Source: Eledone cirrhosa (lineage: Eukaryota). Taken from it: a stretch of 64,000 nt of DNA. Position 1 is the first letter of the stretch, and each line of letters starts with the position of its first letter. The stretch lies in contig OZ024745.1 in the NCBI GenBank assembly GCA_964016885.1, forward strand, positions 89,280,001 through 89,344,000, in the 5' to 3' direction. Positions 29,741 to 44,280 of the stretch are shown one piece after another. The position numbers and the translations under genes are program-made. The notes beneath the pieces are model-generated. The model was not told the DNA's origin and did not search any database. It worked only from the letters and a program-made list of their open reading frames with translations.

Positions 29741-32700
29741 CTACATAGATTGTTATAAATGTAGTTGCTACATAGATTGCCATAGATGTATTTGCTATAT
29801 AGATTGCCATAGATGTAGTTGCTACATTGATTGTTATAGATGTAGTTGCTACATATATTGTTATAGATGTAGTTGCTACATAGATTGTTATAGATGTAGT
29901 TGCTACACAGATCGACATAGATGTAGTTGCTACATAGATTGCTATAGATGTAGTAGCTACATAGATTGCTATAGATGTAGTTGCTACATATATTGCTATA
30001 GATGTAGTTGCTACATAGATTGTTATAGATGTAGTTGCTACATAGAATGCTATAGATGTATTTGCTACATAGATTGTTAGAGATGTAGTTGCTACATAGA
30101 TTGTTATAGGTGTAGTTGCTACATAGATTGTGATAGATGTAGTTGCTAGATAGATTGCTATATAAGTAGTTGCTACATATATTGTTATAGATGTAGTGCT
30201 ACATAGATTGCCATAGATGGAGTTGCTACATAGATTGCCATAGATGTAGTTGCTACATAGATTGCCATAGATGTAGTTGCTACATAGATTGCCATAGATG
30301 TAGTTGCTACATAGATTGTTATATATGTAGTTGCTACATAGATTGCTATAGATGTAGTTGCTACATAGATTGTTATAGATGTAGTTGCTACATAGATTGC
30401 TATAGATGTAGTTGCTACATAGATTGTTATAGATGTAGTTGCTACATAGATTGCCATAGATGTAGTTGCTACATAGATTGCTATAGATGTAGTAGCTACA
30501 TAGATTGCTATAGATGTAGTTGGTACAGAGATTGTTATAGATGTAGTTGCTACATAGATTGTTATAGATGTAGTTGCTACACAGATCGCCATAGATGTAG
30601 TTGCTACATAGATTGCTATAGATGTAGTAGCTACATAGATTGTTATAGATGGAGTTGGTACAGAGATTGTTATAAATGTAGTTGCTACATAGATTGTTAT
30701 AGATGTAGTTGCTACATAGATTGTGATAGATGTAGTTGCTAGATAGATTGCTATATAAGTAGTTGCTACATATATTGTTATAGATGTAGTTGCTACATAG
30801 ATTGCCATAGATGTAGTTCCTACATAGATTGCCATAGATGTAGTTGCTACATAGATTGCCATAGATGTAGTTGCTACATAGATTGCTATATATGTAGTTG
30901 CTACATAGATTGCCAAAGATGTAGTTGCTACATAGATTGTTATAGATGTAGTTGCTACATAGATTGCCATAGATGTAGTTGCTACATAGATTGTTATATA
31001 TGTAGTTGCTACATACATTGCTATAGATGTAGTTGCTACATAGATTGTTATAGATGTAGTTGCTACATAGATTGCCATAGATGTAGTTGCTACATAGATT
31101 GCCATAGATGTAGTTGCTACATAGAATGCCATAGATGTAGTTGCTACATAGATTGCCATAGATGTAGTTGCTACATAGATTGCCATTTATGTAGTTGCTA
31201 CATAGATTGTTATAAATGTAGTTGCTACATAGATTGCCATAGATATATTTGCTACATAGATTGCCATAGATGTAGCGGCTACATTGTTTGTTATAGATGT
31301 AGTTGCTACATATATTGTTATAGATGTAGTTGCTACATAGTTTGTTATAGATGTAGTTGCTACACAGATCGCCATAAATGTAGTTGCTACATAGATTGCT
31401 ATAGATGTAGTTGCTACATATATTGCTATAGATGTAGTTGCTACATAGATTGTTATAGATGTAGTTGCTACATAGAATGCTATAGATGTATTTGCTACAT
31501 AGATTGTTAGAGATGTAGTTGCTACATAGATTGTTATAGGTGTAGTTGCTACATAGATTGTGATAGATGTAGTTGCTAGATAGATTGCTATATAAGTAGT
31601 TGCTACATATATTGTTATAGATGTAGTGCTACATAGATTGCCATAGATGGAGTTGCTACATAGATTGCCATAGATGTAGTTGCTACATAGATTGCCATAG
31701 ATGTAGTTGCTACATAGATTGCCATAGATGTAGTTGCTACATAGATTGTTATATATGTAGTTGCTACATAGATTGCTATAGATGTAGTTGCTACATAGAT
31801 TGTTATAGATGTAGTTGCTACATAGATTGCTATAGATGTAGTTGCTACATAGATTGCTATAGATGTAGTTGCTACATAGATCGTCATAGACGTAGTTGGT
31901 ACATAGATTTTTATAGATGTAGTTGCTACATAGATTTTTATAGATGTAGTTTTTACATAGATTGGCATAGATGGAGTTGCTACATAGATTGCCATATATG
32001 TAGTTGCTACATAGATTGCCATAGATGTAGTAGCTACATAGATTGCCATAGATGTAGTTGCTACATAGATTGCCATTTATGTAGTTGCTACATAGATTGT
32101 TATAAATGTTGTTGCTACATAGATTGCCATAGATGTATTTGCTACATAGATTGCCATAGATGTAGTTGCTACATTGATTGTTATAGATGTAGTTGCTACA
32201 TATATTGTTATAGATGTAGTTTCTACATAGATTGTTATAGATGTAGTTGCTACACAGATCGCCATAGATGTAGTTGCTACATAGATTGCTATAGATGTAG
32301 TAGCTACATAGATTGCTATAGATGTAGTTGGTACAGAGATTGTTATAGATGTAGTTGCTACATAGATTGTTATAGATGTAGTTGCTACACAGATCGCCAT
32401 AGATGTAGTTGCTACATAGATTGCTATAGATGTAGTAGCTACATAGATTGTTATAGATGGAGTTGGTACAGAGATTGTTATAAATGTAGTTGCTACATAG
32501 ATTGTTATAGATGTAGTTGCTACATAGAATGCTATAAATGTATTTGCTACATAGATTGTTAGAGATGTAGTTGCTACATAGATTGTTATAGGTGTAGTTG
32601 CTACATAGATTGTGATAGATGTAGTTGCTAGATAGATTGCTATATAAGTAGTTGCTACATATATTGTTATAGATGTAGTGCTACATAGATTGCCATAGAT

Positions 32701-35199
32701 GGAGTTGCTACATAGATTGCCATAGATGTAGTTGCTACATAGATTGCCATAGATGTAGTTGCTACATAGATTGCCATAGATGTAGTTGCTACATAGATTG
32801 TTATATATGTAGTTGCTACATAGATTGCTATAGATGTAGTTGCTACATAGATTGTTATAGATGTAGTTGCTACATAGATTGCTATAGATGTAGTTGCTAC
32901 ATAGATTGTTATAGATGTAGTTGCTACATAGATTGCCATAGATGTAGTTGCTACATAGATTGCTATAGATGTAGTAGCTACATAGATTGCTATAGATGTA
33001 GTTGGTACAGAGATTGTTATAGATGTAGTTGCTACATAGATTGTTATAGATGTAGTTGCTACACAGATCGCCATAGATGTAGTTGCTACATAGATTGCTA
33101 TAGATGTAGTAGCTACATAGATTGTTATAGATGGAGTTGGTACAGAGATTGTTATAAATGTAGTTGCTACATAGATTGTTATAGATGTAGTTGCTACATA
33201 GATTGCCATAGATGTAGTTCCTACATAGATTGCCATAGATGTAGTTGCTACATAGATTGCCATAGATGTAGTTGCTACATAGATTGCTATATATGTAGTT
33301 GCTACATAGATTGCCAAAATGTAGTTGCTACATAGATTGTTATAGATGTAGTTGCTACATAGATTGCCATAGATGTAGTTGCTACATAGATTGTTATATA
33401 TGTAGTTGCTACATACATTGCTATAGATGTAGTTGCTACATAGATTGTTATAGATGTAGTTGCTACATAGATTGCCATAGATGTAGTTGCTACATAGATT
33501 GCCATAGATATAGTTGCTACATAGATTGCCATAGATGTAGTTGCTACATAGATTGCCATAGATGTAGTTGCTACATAGATTGCCATTTATGTAGTTGCTA
33601 CATAGATTGTTATAAATGTAGTTGCTACATAGATTGCCATAGATGTATTTGCTACATAGATTGCCATAGATGTAGCGGCTACATTGTTTGTTATAGATGT
33701 AGTTGCTACATATATTGTTATAGATGTAGTTGCTACATAGTTTGTTATAGATGTAGTTGCTACACAGATCGCCATAAATGTAGTTACTACATAGATTGCT
33801 ATAGATGTAGTTGCTACATATATTGCTATAGATGTAGTTGCTACATAGATTGTTATAGATGTAGTTGCTACATAGAATGCTATAGATGTATTTGCTACAT
33901 AGATTGTTAGAGATGTAGTTGCTACATAGATTGTTATAGGTGTAGTTGCTACATAGATTGTGATAGATGTAGTTGCTAGATAGATTGCTATATAAGTAGT
34001 TGCTACATATATTGTTATAGATGTAGTGCTACATAGATTGCCATAGATGGAGTTGCTACATAGATTGCCATAGATGTAGTTGCTACATAGATTGCCATAG
34101 ATGTAGTTGCTACATAGATTGCCATAGATGTAGTTGCTACATAGATTGTTATATATGTAGTTGCTACATAGATTGCTATAGATGTAGTTGCTACATAGAT
34201 TGTTATAGATGTAGTTGCTACATAGATTGCTATAGATGTAGTTGCTACATAGATTGTTATAGATGTAGTTGCTACATAGATTGCCATAGATGTAGTTGCT
34301 ACATAGATTGCTATAGATGTAGTAGCTACATAGATTGCTATAGATGTAGTTGGTACAGAGATTGTTATAGATGTAGTTGCTACATAGATTGTTATAGATG
34401 TAGTTGCTACACAGATCGCCATAGATGTAGTTGCTACATAGATTGCTATAGATGTAGTAGCTACATAGATTGTTATAGATGGAGTTGGTACAGAGATTGT
34501 TATAAATGTAGTTGCTACATAGATTGTTATAGATGTAGTTGCTACATAGATTGTGATAGATGTAGTTGCTAGATAGATTGCTATATAAGTAGTTGCTACA
34601 TATATTGTTATAGATGTAGTTGCTACATAGATTGCCATAGATGTAGTTCCTACATAGATTGCCATAGATGTAGTTGCTACATAGATTGCCATAGATGTAG
34701 TTGCTACATAGATTGCTATATATGTAGTTGCTACATAGATTGCCAAAGATGTAGTTGCTACATAGATTGTTATAGATGTAGTTGCTACATAGATTGCCAT
34801 AGATGTAGTTGCTACATAGATTGTTATATATGTAGTTGCTACATACATTGCTATAGATGTAGTTGCTACATAGATTGTTATAGATGTAGTTGCTACATAG
34901 ATTGCCATAGATGTAGTTGCTACATAGATTGCCATAGATGTAGTTGCTACATAGATTGCCATAGATGTAGTTGCTACATAGATTGCCATAGATGTAGTTG
35001 CTACATTGATTGTTATAGATGTAGTTGCTACATACATTGCTATAGATGTAGTTGCTACATAGATTGTTATAGATGTAGTTGCTACATAGATTGCCATAGA
35101 TGTAGTTGCTACATAGATTGCCATAGATGTAGTTGCTACATAGATTGCTATAGATGTAGTTGCTACATAGATTGTTATAGATGTAGTTGCTACATAGAT

Positions 35200-38100
35200 T
35201 GCTATAGATGTAGTTGCTACATAGATTGCTATATATGTAGTTGCTACATAGATCGTCATAGACGTAGTTGCTACATAGATTTTTATAGATGTAGTTTTTA
35301 CATGGATTGCCATAGATGGAGTTGCTACATAGATTGCCATAGATGTAGTTGCTCCATAGATTGCCATAGATGTAGTTGCTACATAGATTGCCATAGATGT
35401 AGTTGCTACATAGATTGCCATAGATGTAGTTGCTACATAGATTGCCATAGATGTAGTTGCTACATAGATTGCCATTTATGTAGTTGCTACATAGATTGTT
35501 ATAAATGTAGTTGCTACATAGATTGCCATAGATGTATTTGCTACATAGATTGCCATAGATGTAGCGGCTACATTGTTTGTTATAGATGTAGTTGCTACAT
35601 ATATTGTTATAGATGTAGTTGCTACATAGTTTGTTATAGATGTAGTTGCTACACAGATCGCCATAAATGTAGTTGCTACATAGATTGCTATAGATGTAGT
35701 CGCTACATAGATTGCTATAGATATAGTTGCTACATATATTGCTATGGATGTAGTTGCTACATAGATTGTCATAGACGTAGTTGCTACATAGATTATTATA
35801 GATGTAGTTGCTACATAGATTGTTATAGATGTAGTTGCTACATAGATTGCCATAGATGTAGTTGCTACATAGATTGCCATAGATGTAGTTGCTACATAGA
35901 TTGCCATAGATGTAGTTGCTACATTGATTGTTATAGATGTAGTTTTTACATAGATTTTTATATATGTAGCTTTTACATAGATTGGCATAGATGGAGTTGC
36001 TACATATATTGCCATATATGTAGTTGCTACATAGATTGCCATAGATGTAGTAGCTACATAGATTGCCATAGATGTAGTTGCTACATAGATTGCCATTTAT
36101 GTAGTTGCTACATAGATTGTTATAAATGTTGTTGCTACATAGATTGCCATAGATGTATTTGCTACATAGATTGCCATAGATGTAGTTGCTACATTGATTG
36201 TTATAGATGTAGTTGCTACATATATTGTTATAGATGTAGTTTCTACATAGATTGTTATAGATGTAGTTGCTACACAGATCGCCATAGATGTAGTTGCTAC
36301 ATAGATTGCTATAGATGTAGTAGCTACATAGATTGCTATAGATGTAGTTGGTACAGAGATTGTTATAGATGTAGTTGCTACATAGATTGTTATAGATGTA
36401 GTTGCTACACAGATCGCCATAGATGTAGTTGCTACATAGATTGCTATAGATGTAGTAGCTACATAGATTGTTATAGATGGAGTTGGTACAGAGATTGTTA
36501 TAAATGTAATTGCTACATAGATTGTTATAGATGTAGTTGCTACATAGATTGTAATAGATGTAGTTGCTAGATAGATTGCTATATAAGTAGTTGCTACATA
36601 TATTGTTATAGATGTAGTTGCTACATAGATTGCCATAGATGTAGTTCCTACATAGATTGCCATAGATGTAGTTGCTACATAGATTGCCATAGATGTAGTT
36701 GCTACATAGATTGCTATATATGTAGTTGCTACATAGATTGCCAAAGATGTAGTTGCTACATAGATTGTTATAGATGTAGTTGCTACATAGATTGCCATAG
36801 ATGTAGTTGCTACATAGATTGTTATATATGTAGTTGCTACATACATTGCTATAGATGTAGTTGCTACATAGATTGTTATAGATGTAGTTGCTACATAGAT
36901 TGCTATAGATGTAGTTGCTACATAGATTGCTATATATGTAGTTGCTACATAGATCGTCATAGACGTAGTTGCTACATAGATTTTTATAGATGTAGTTTTT
37001 ACATGGATTGCCATAGATGGAGTTGCTACATAGATTGCCATAGATGTAGTTGCTCCATAGATTGCCATAGATGTAGTTGCTACATAGATTGCCATAGATG
37101 TAGTTGCTACATAGATTGCCATAGATGTAGTTGCTACATAGATTGCCATAGATGTAGCGGCTACATTGTTTGTTATAGATGTAGTTGCTACATATATTGT
37201 TATAGATGTAGTTGCTACATAGTTTGTTATAGATGTAGTTGCTACACAGATCGCCATAAATGTAGTTGCTACATAGATTGCTATAGATGTAGTTGCTACA
37301 TATATTGCTATAGATGTAGTTGCTACATAGATTGTTATAGATGTAGTTGCTACATAGAATGCTATAGATGTATTTGCTACATAGATTGTTAGAGATGTAG
37401 TTGCTACATAGATTGTTATAGGTGTAGTTGCTACATAGATTGTGATAGATGTAGTTGCTTGATAGATTGCTATATAAGTAGTTGCTACATATATTGTTAT
37501 AGATGTAGTGCTACATAGATTGCCATAGATGGAGTTGCTACATAGATTGCCATAGATGTAGTTGCTACATAGATTGCCATAGATGTAGTTGCTACATAGA
37601 TTGCCATAGATGTAGTTGCTACATAGATTGTTATATATGTAGTTGCTACATAGATTGCTATAGATGTAGTTGCTACATAGATTGTTATAGATGTAGTTGC
37701 TACATAGATTGCTATAGATGTAGTTGCTACATAGATTGCTATAGATGTAGTTGCTACATAGATCGTCATAGACGTAGTTGGTACATAGATTTTTATAGAT
37801 GTAGTTGCTACATAGATTTTTATAGATGTAGTTTTTACATAGATTGGCATAGATGGAGTTGCTACATAGATTGCCATATATGTAGTTGCTACATAGATTG
37901 CCATAGATGTAGTAGCTACATAGATTGCCATAGATGTAGTTGCTACATAGATTGCCATTTATGTAGTTGCTACATAGATTGTTATAAATGTTGTTGCTAC
38001 ATAGATTGCCATAGATGTATTTGCTACATAGATTGCCATAGATGTAGTTGCTACATTGATTGTTATAGATGTAGTTGCTACATATATTGTTATAGATGTA

Positions 38101-41100
38101 GTTTCTACATAGATTGTTATAGATGTAGTTGCTACACAGATCGCCATAGATGTAGTTGCTACATAGATTGCTATAGATGTAGTAGCTACATAGATTGCTA
38201 TAGATGTAGTTGGTACAGAGATTGTTATAGATGTAGTTGCTACATAGATCGTTATAGATGTAGTTGCTACACAGATCGCCATAGATGTAGTTGCTACATA
38301 GATTGCTATAGATGTAGTAGCTACATAGATTGTTATAGATGGAGTTGGTACAGAGATTGTTATAAATGTAGTTGCTACATAGATTGTTATAGATGTAGTT
38401 GCTACATAGATTGTGATAGATGTAGTTGCTAGATAGATTGCTATATAAGTAGTTGCTACATATATTGTTATAGATGTAGTTGCTACATAGATTGCCATAG
38501 ATGTAGTTCCTACATAGATTGCCATAGATGTAGTTGCTACATAGATTGCCATAGATGTAGTTGCTACATAGATTGCTATATATGTAGTTGCTACATAGAT
38601 TGCCAAAGATGTAGTTGCTACATAGATTGTTATAGATGTAGTTGCTACATAGATTGCCATAGATGTAGTTGCTACATAGATTGTTATATATGTAGTTGCT
38701 ACATACATTGCTATAGATGTAGTTGCTACATAGATTGTTATAGATGTAGTTGCTACATAGATTGCTATAGATGTAGTTGCTACATAGATTGCTATATATG
38801 TAGTTGCTACATAGATCGTCATAGACGTAGTTGCTACATAGATTATTATAGATGTAGTTTTTACATGGATTGCCATAGATGGAGTTGCTACATAGATTGC
38901 CATATATGTAGTTGCTCCATAGATTGCCATAGATGTAGTTGCTACATAGATTGCCATAGATGTAGTTGCTACATAGATTGCCATAGATGTAGTTGCTACA
39001 TAGATTGCCATAGATGTAGTTGCTACATAGATTGCCATTTATGTAGTTGCTACATAGACTGTTATAAATGTAGTTGCTACATAGATTGCCATAGATGTAT
39101 TTGCTACATAGATTGCCATAGATGTAGCGGCTACATTGTTTGTTATAGATGTAGTTGCTACATATATTGTTATAGATGTAGTTGCTACATAGTTTGTTAT
39201 AGATGTAGTTGCTACACAGATCGCCATAAATGTAGTTGCTACATAGATTGCTATAGATGTAGTCGCTACATAGATTGCTATAGATATAGTTGCTACATAT
39301 ATTGCTATGGATGTAGTTGCTACATAGATTGTCATAGACGTAGTTGCTACATAGATTATTATAGATGTAGTTGCTACATAGATTGTTATAGATGTAGTTG
39401 CTACATAGATTGCCATAGATGTAGTTGCTACATAGATTGCCATAGATGTAGTTGCTACATAGATTGCCATAGATGTAGTTGCTACATTGATTGTTATAGA
39501 TGTAGTTTTTACATAGATTTTTATAGATGTAGCTTTTACATAGATTGGCATAGATGGAGTTGCTACATATATTGCCATATATGTAGTTGCTACATAGATT
39601 GCCATAGATGTAGTAGCTACATAGATTGCCATAGATGTAGTTGCTACATAGATTGCCATTTATGTAGTTGCTACATAGATTGTTATAAATGTTGTTGCTA
39701 CATAGATTGCCATAGATGTATTTGCTACATAGATTGCCATAGATGTAGTTGCTACATTGATTGTTATAGATGTAGTTGCTACATATATTGTTATAGATGT
39801 AGTTTCTACATAGATTGTTATAGATGTAGTTGCTACACAGATCGCCATAGATGTAGTTGCTACATAGATTGCTATAGATGTAGTAGCTACATAGATTGCT
39901 ATAGATGTAGTTGGTACAGAGATTGTTATAGATGTAGTTGCTACATAGATTGTTATAGATGTAGTTGCTACACAGATCGCCATAGATGTAGTTGCTACAT
40001 AGATTGCTATAGATGTAGTAGCTACATAGATTGTTATAGATGGAGTTGGTACAGAGATTGTTATAAATGTAATTGCTACATAGATTGTTATAGATGTAGT
40101 TGCTACATAGATTGTAATAGATGTAGTTGCTAGATAGATTGCTATATAAGTAGTTGCTACATATATTGTTATAGATGTAGTTGCTACATAGATTGCCATA
40201 GATGTAGTTCCTACATAGATTGCCATAGATGTAGTTGCTACATAGATTGCCATAGATGTAGTTGCTACATAGATTGCTATATATGTAGTTGCTACATAGA
40301 TTGCCAAAGATGTAGTTGCTACATAGATTGTTATAGATGTAGTTGCTACATAGATTGCCATAGATGTAGTTGCTACATAGATTGTTATATATGTAGTTGC
40401 TACATACATTGCTATAGATGTAGTTGCTACATAGATTGTTATAGATGTAGTTGCTACATAGATTGCTATAGATGTAGTTGCTACATAGATTGCTATATAT
40501 GTAGTTGCTACATAGATCGTCATAGACGTAGTTGCTACATAGATTTTTATAGATGTAGTTTTTACATGGATTGCCATAGATGGAGTTGCTACATAGATTG
40601 CCATAGATGTAGTTGCTCCATAGATTGCCATAGATGTAGTTGCTACATAGATTGCCATAGATGTAGTTGCTACATAGATTGCCATAGATGTAGTTGCTAC
40701 ATAGATTGCCATAGATGTAGCGGCTACATTGTTTGTTATAGATGTAGTTGCTACATATATTGTTATAGATGTAGTTGCTACATAGTTTGTTATAGATGTA
40801 GTTGCTACACAGATCGCCATAAATGTAGTTGCTACATAGATTGCTATAGATGTAGTTGCTACATATATTGCTATAGATGTAGTTGCTACATAGATTGTTA
40901 TAGATGTAGTTGCTACATAGAATGCTATAGATGTATTTGCTACATAGATTGTTAGAGATGTAGTTGCTACATAGATTGTTATAGGTGTAGTTGCTACATA
41001 GATTGTGATAGATGTAGTTGCTTGATAGATTGCTATATAAGTAGTTGCTACATATATTGTTATAGATGTAGTGCTACATAGATTGCCATAGATGGAGTTG

Positions 41101-44100
41101 CTACATAGATTGCCATAGATGTAGTTGCTACATAGATTGCCATAGATGTAGTTGCTACATAGATTGCCATAGATGTAGTTGCTACATAGATTGTTATATA
41201 TGTAGTTGCTACATAGATTGCTATAGATGTAGTTGCTACATAGATTGTTATAGATGTAGTTGCTACATAGATTGCTATAGATGTAGTTGCTACATAGATT
41301 GCTATAGATGTAGTTGCTACATAGATCGTCATAGACGTAGTTGGTACATAGATTTTTATAGATGTAGTTGCTACATAGATTTTTATAGATGTAGTTTTTA
41401 CATAGATTGGCATAGATGGAGTTGCTACATAGATTGCCATATATGTAGTTGCTACATAGATTGCCATAGATGTAGTAGCTACATAGATTGCCATAGATGT
41501 AGTTGCTACATAGATTGCCATTTATGTAGTTGCTACATAGATTGTTATAAATGTTGTTGCTACATAGATTGCCATAGATGTATTTGCTACATAGATTGCC
41601 ATAGATGTAGTTGCTACATTGATTGTTATAGATGTAGTTGCTACATATATTGTTATAGATGTAGTTTCTACATAGATTGTTATAGATGTAGTTGCTACAC
41701 AGATCGCCATAGATGTAGTTGCTACATAGATTGCTATAGATGTAGTAGCTACATAGATTGCTATAGATGTAGTTGGTACAGAGATTGTTATAGATGTAGT
41801 TGCTACATAGATCGTTATAGATGTAGTTGCTACACAGATCGCCATAGATGTAGTTGCTACATAGATTGCTATAGATGTAGTAGCTACATAGATTGTTATA
41901 GATGGAGTTGGTACAGAGATTGTTATAAATGTAGTTGCTACATAGATTGTTATAGATGTAGTTGCTACATAGATTGTGATAGATGTAGTTGCTAGATAGA
42001 TTGCTATATAAGTAGTTGCTACATATATTGTTATAGATGTAGTTGCTACATAGATTGCCATAGATGTAGTTCCTACATAGATTGCCATAGATGTAGTTGC
42101 TACATAGATTGCCATAGATGTAGTTGCTACATAGATTGCTATATATGTAGTTGCTACATAGATTGCCAAAGATGTAGTTGCTACATAGATTGTTATAGAT
42201 GTAGTTGCTACATAGATTGCCATAGATGTAGTTGCTACATAGATTGTTATATATGTAGTTGCTACATACATTGCTATAGATGTAGTTGCTACATAGATTG
42301 TTATAGATGTAGTTGCTACATAGATTGCTATAGATGTAGTTGCTACATAGATTGCTATATATGTAGTTGCTACATAGATCGTCATAGACGTAGTTGCTAC
42401 ATAGATTTTTATAGATGTAGTTTTTACATGGATTGCCATAGATGGAGTTGCTACATAGATTGCCATAGATGTAGTTGCTCCATAGATTGCCATAGATGTA
42501 GTTGCTACATAGATTGCCATAGATGTAGTTGCTACATAGATTGCCATAGATGTAGTTGCTACATAGATTGCCATAGATGTAGTTGCTACATAGATTGCCA
42601 TTTATGTAGTTGCTACATAGATTGTTATAAATGTAGTTGCTACATAGATTGCCATAGATGTATTTGCTACATAGATTGCCATAGATGTAGCGGCTACATT
42701 GTTTGTTATAGATGTAGTTGCTACATATATTGTTATAGATGTAGTTGCTACATAGTTTGTTATAGATGTAGTTGCTACACAGATCGCCATAAATGTAGTT
42801 GCTACATAGATTGCTATAGATGTAGTCGCTACATAGATTGCTATAGATATAGTTGCTACATATATTGCTATGGATGTAGTTGCTACATAGATTGTCATAG
42901 ACGTAGTTGCTACATAGATTATTATAGATGTAGTTGCTACATAGATTGTTATAGATGTAGTTGCTACATAGATTGCCATAGATGTAGTTGATACATAGAT
43001 TGCCATAGATGTAGTTGCTACATAGATTGCCATAGATGTAGTTGCTACATTGATTGTTATAGATGTAGTTTTTACATAGATTTTTATAGATGTAGTTTTT
43101 ACATAGATTGGCATAGATGGAGTTGCTACATATATTGCCATATATGTAGTTGCTACATAGATTGCCATAGATGTAGTAGCTACATAGATTGCCATAGATG
43201 TAGTTGCTACATAGATTGCCATTTATGTAGTTGCTACATAGATTGTTATAAATGTTGTTGCTACATAGATTGCCATAGATGTATTTGCTACATAGATTGC
43301 CATAGATGTAGTTGCTACATTGATTGTTATAGATGTAGTTGCTACATATATTGTTATAGATGTAGTTTCTACATAGATTGTTATAGATGTAGTTGCTACA
43401 CAGATCGCCATAGATGTAGTTGCTACATAGATTGCTATAGATGTAGTAGCTACATAGATTGCTATAGATGTAGTTGGTACAGAGATTGTTATAGATGTAG
43501 TTGCTACATAGATTGTTATAGATGTAGTTGCTACACAGATCGCCATAGATGTAGTTGCTACATAGATTGCTATAGATGTAGTAGCTACATAGATTGTTAT
43601 AGATGGAGTTGGTACAGAGATTGTTATAAATGTAATTGCTACATAGATTGTTATAGATGTAGTTGCTACATAGATTGTAATAGATGTAGTTGCTAGATAG
43701 ATTGCTATATAAGTAGTTGCTACATATATTGTTATAGATGTAGTTGCTACATAGATTGCCATAGATGTAGTTCCTACATAGATTGCCATAGATGTAGTTG
43801 CTACATAGATTGCCATAGATGTAGTTGCTACATAGATTGCTATATATGTAGTTGCTACATAGATTGCCAAAGATGTAGTTGCTACATAGATTGTTATAGA
43901 TGTAGTTGCTACATAGATTGCCATAGATGTAGTTGCTACATAGATTGTTATATATGTAGTTGCTACATACATTGCTATAGATGTAGTTGCTACATAGATT
44001 GTTATAGATGTAGTTGCTACATAGATTGCTATAGATGTAGTTGCTACATAGATTGCTATATATGTAGTTGCTACATAGATCGTCATAGACGTAGTTGCTA

Positions 44101-44280
44101 CATAGATTTTTATAGATGTAGTTTTTACATGGATTGCCATAGATGGAGTTGCTACATAGATTGCCATAGATGTAGTTGCTCCATAGATTGCCATAGATGT
44201 AGTTGCTACATAGATTGCCATAGATGTAGTTGCTACATAGATTGCCATAGATGTAGTTGCTACATAGATTGCCATAGATG
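35200..44280. repeat. Higher-order repeat, period 3563 bp (132 units minus 1 bp), about 2.5 copies
   Basis: ORF coordinates 35476/39039/42602, 36097/39660/43223, 37497/41060 and 37959/41522 share the offset. The private variant gcttgatag occurs at ~37457 and ~41020. Confidence 0.9.
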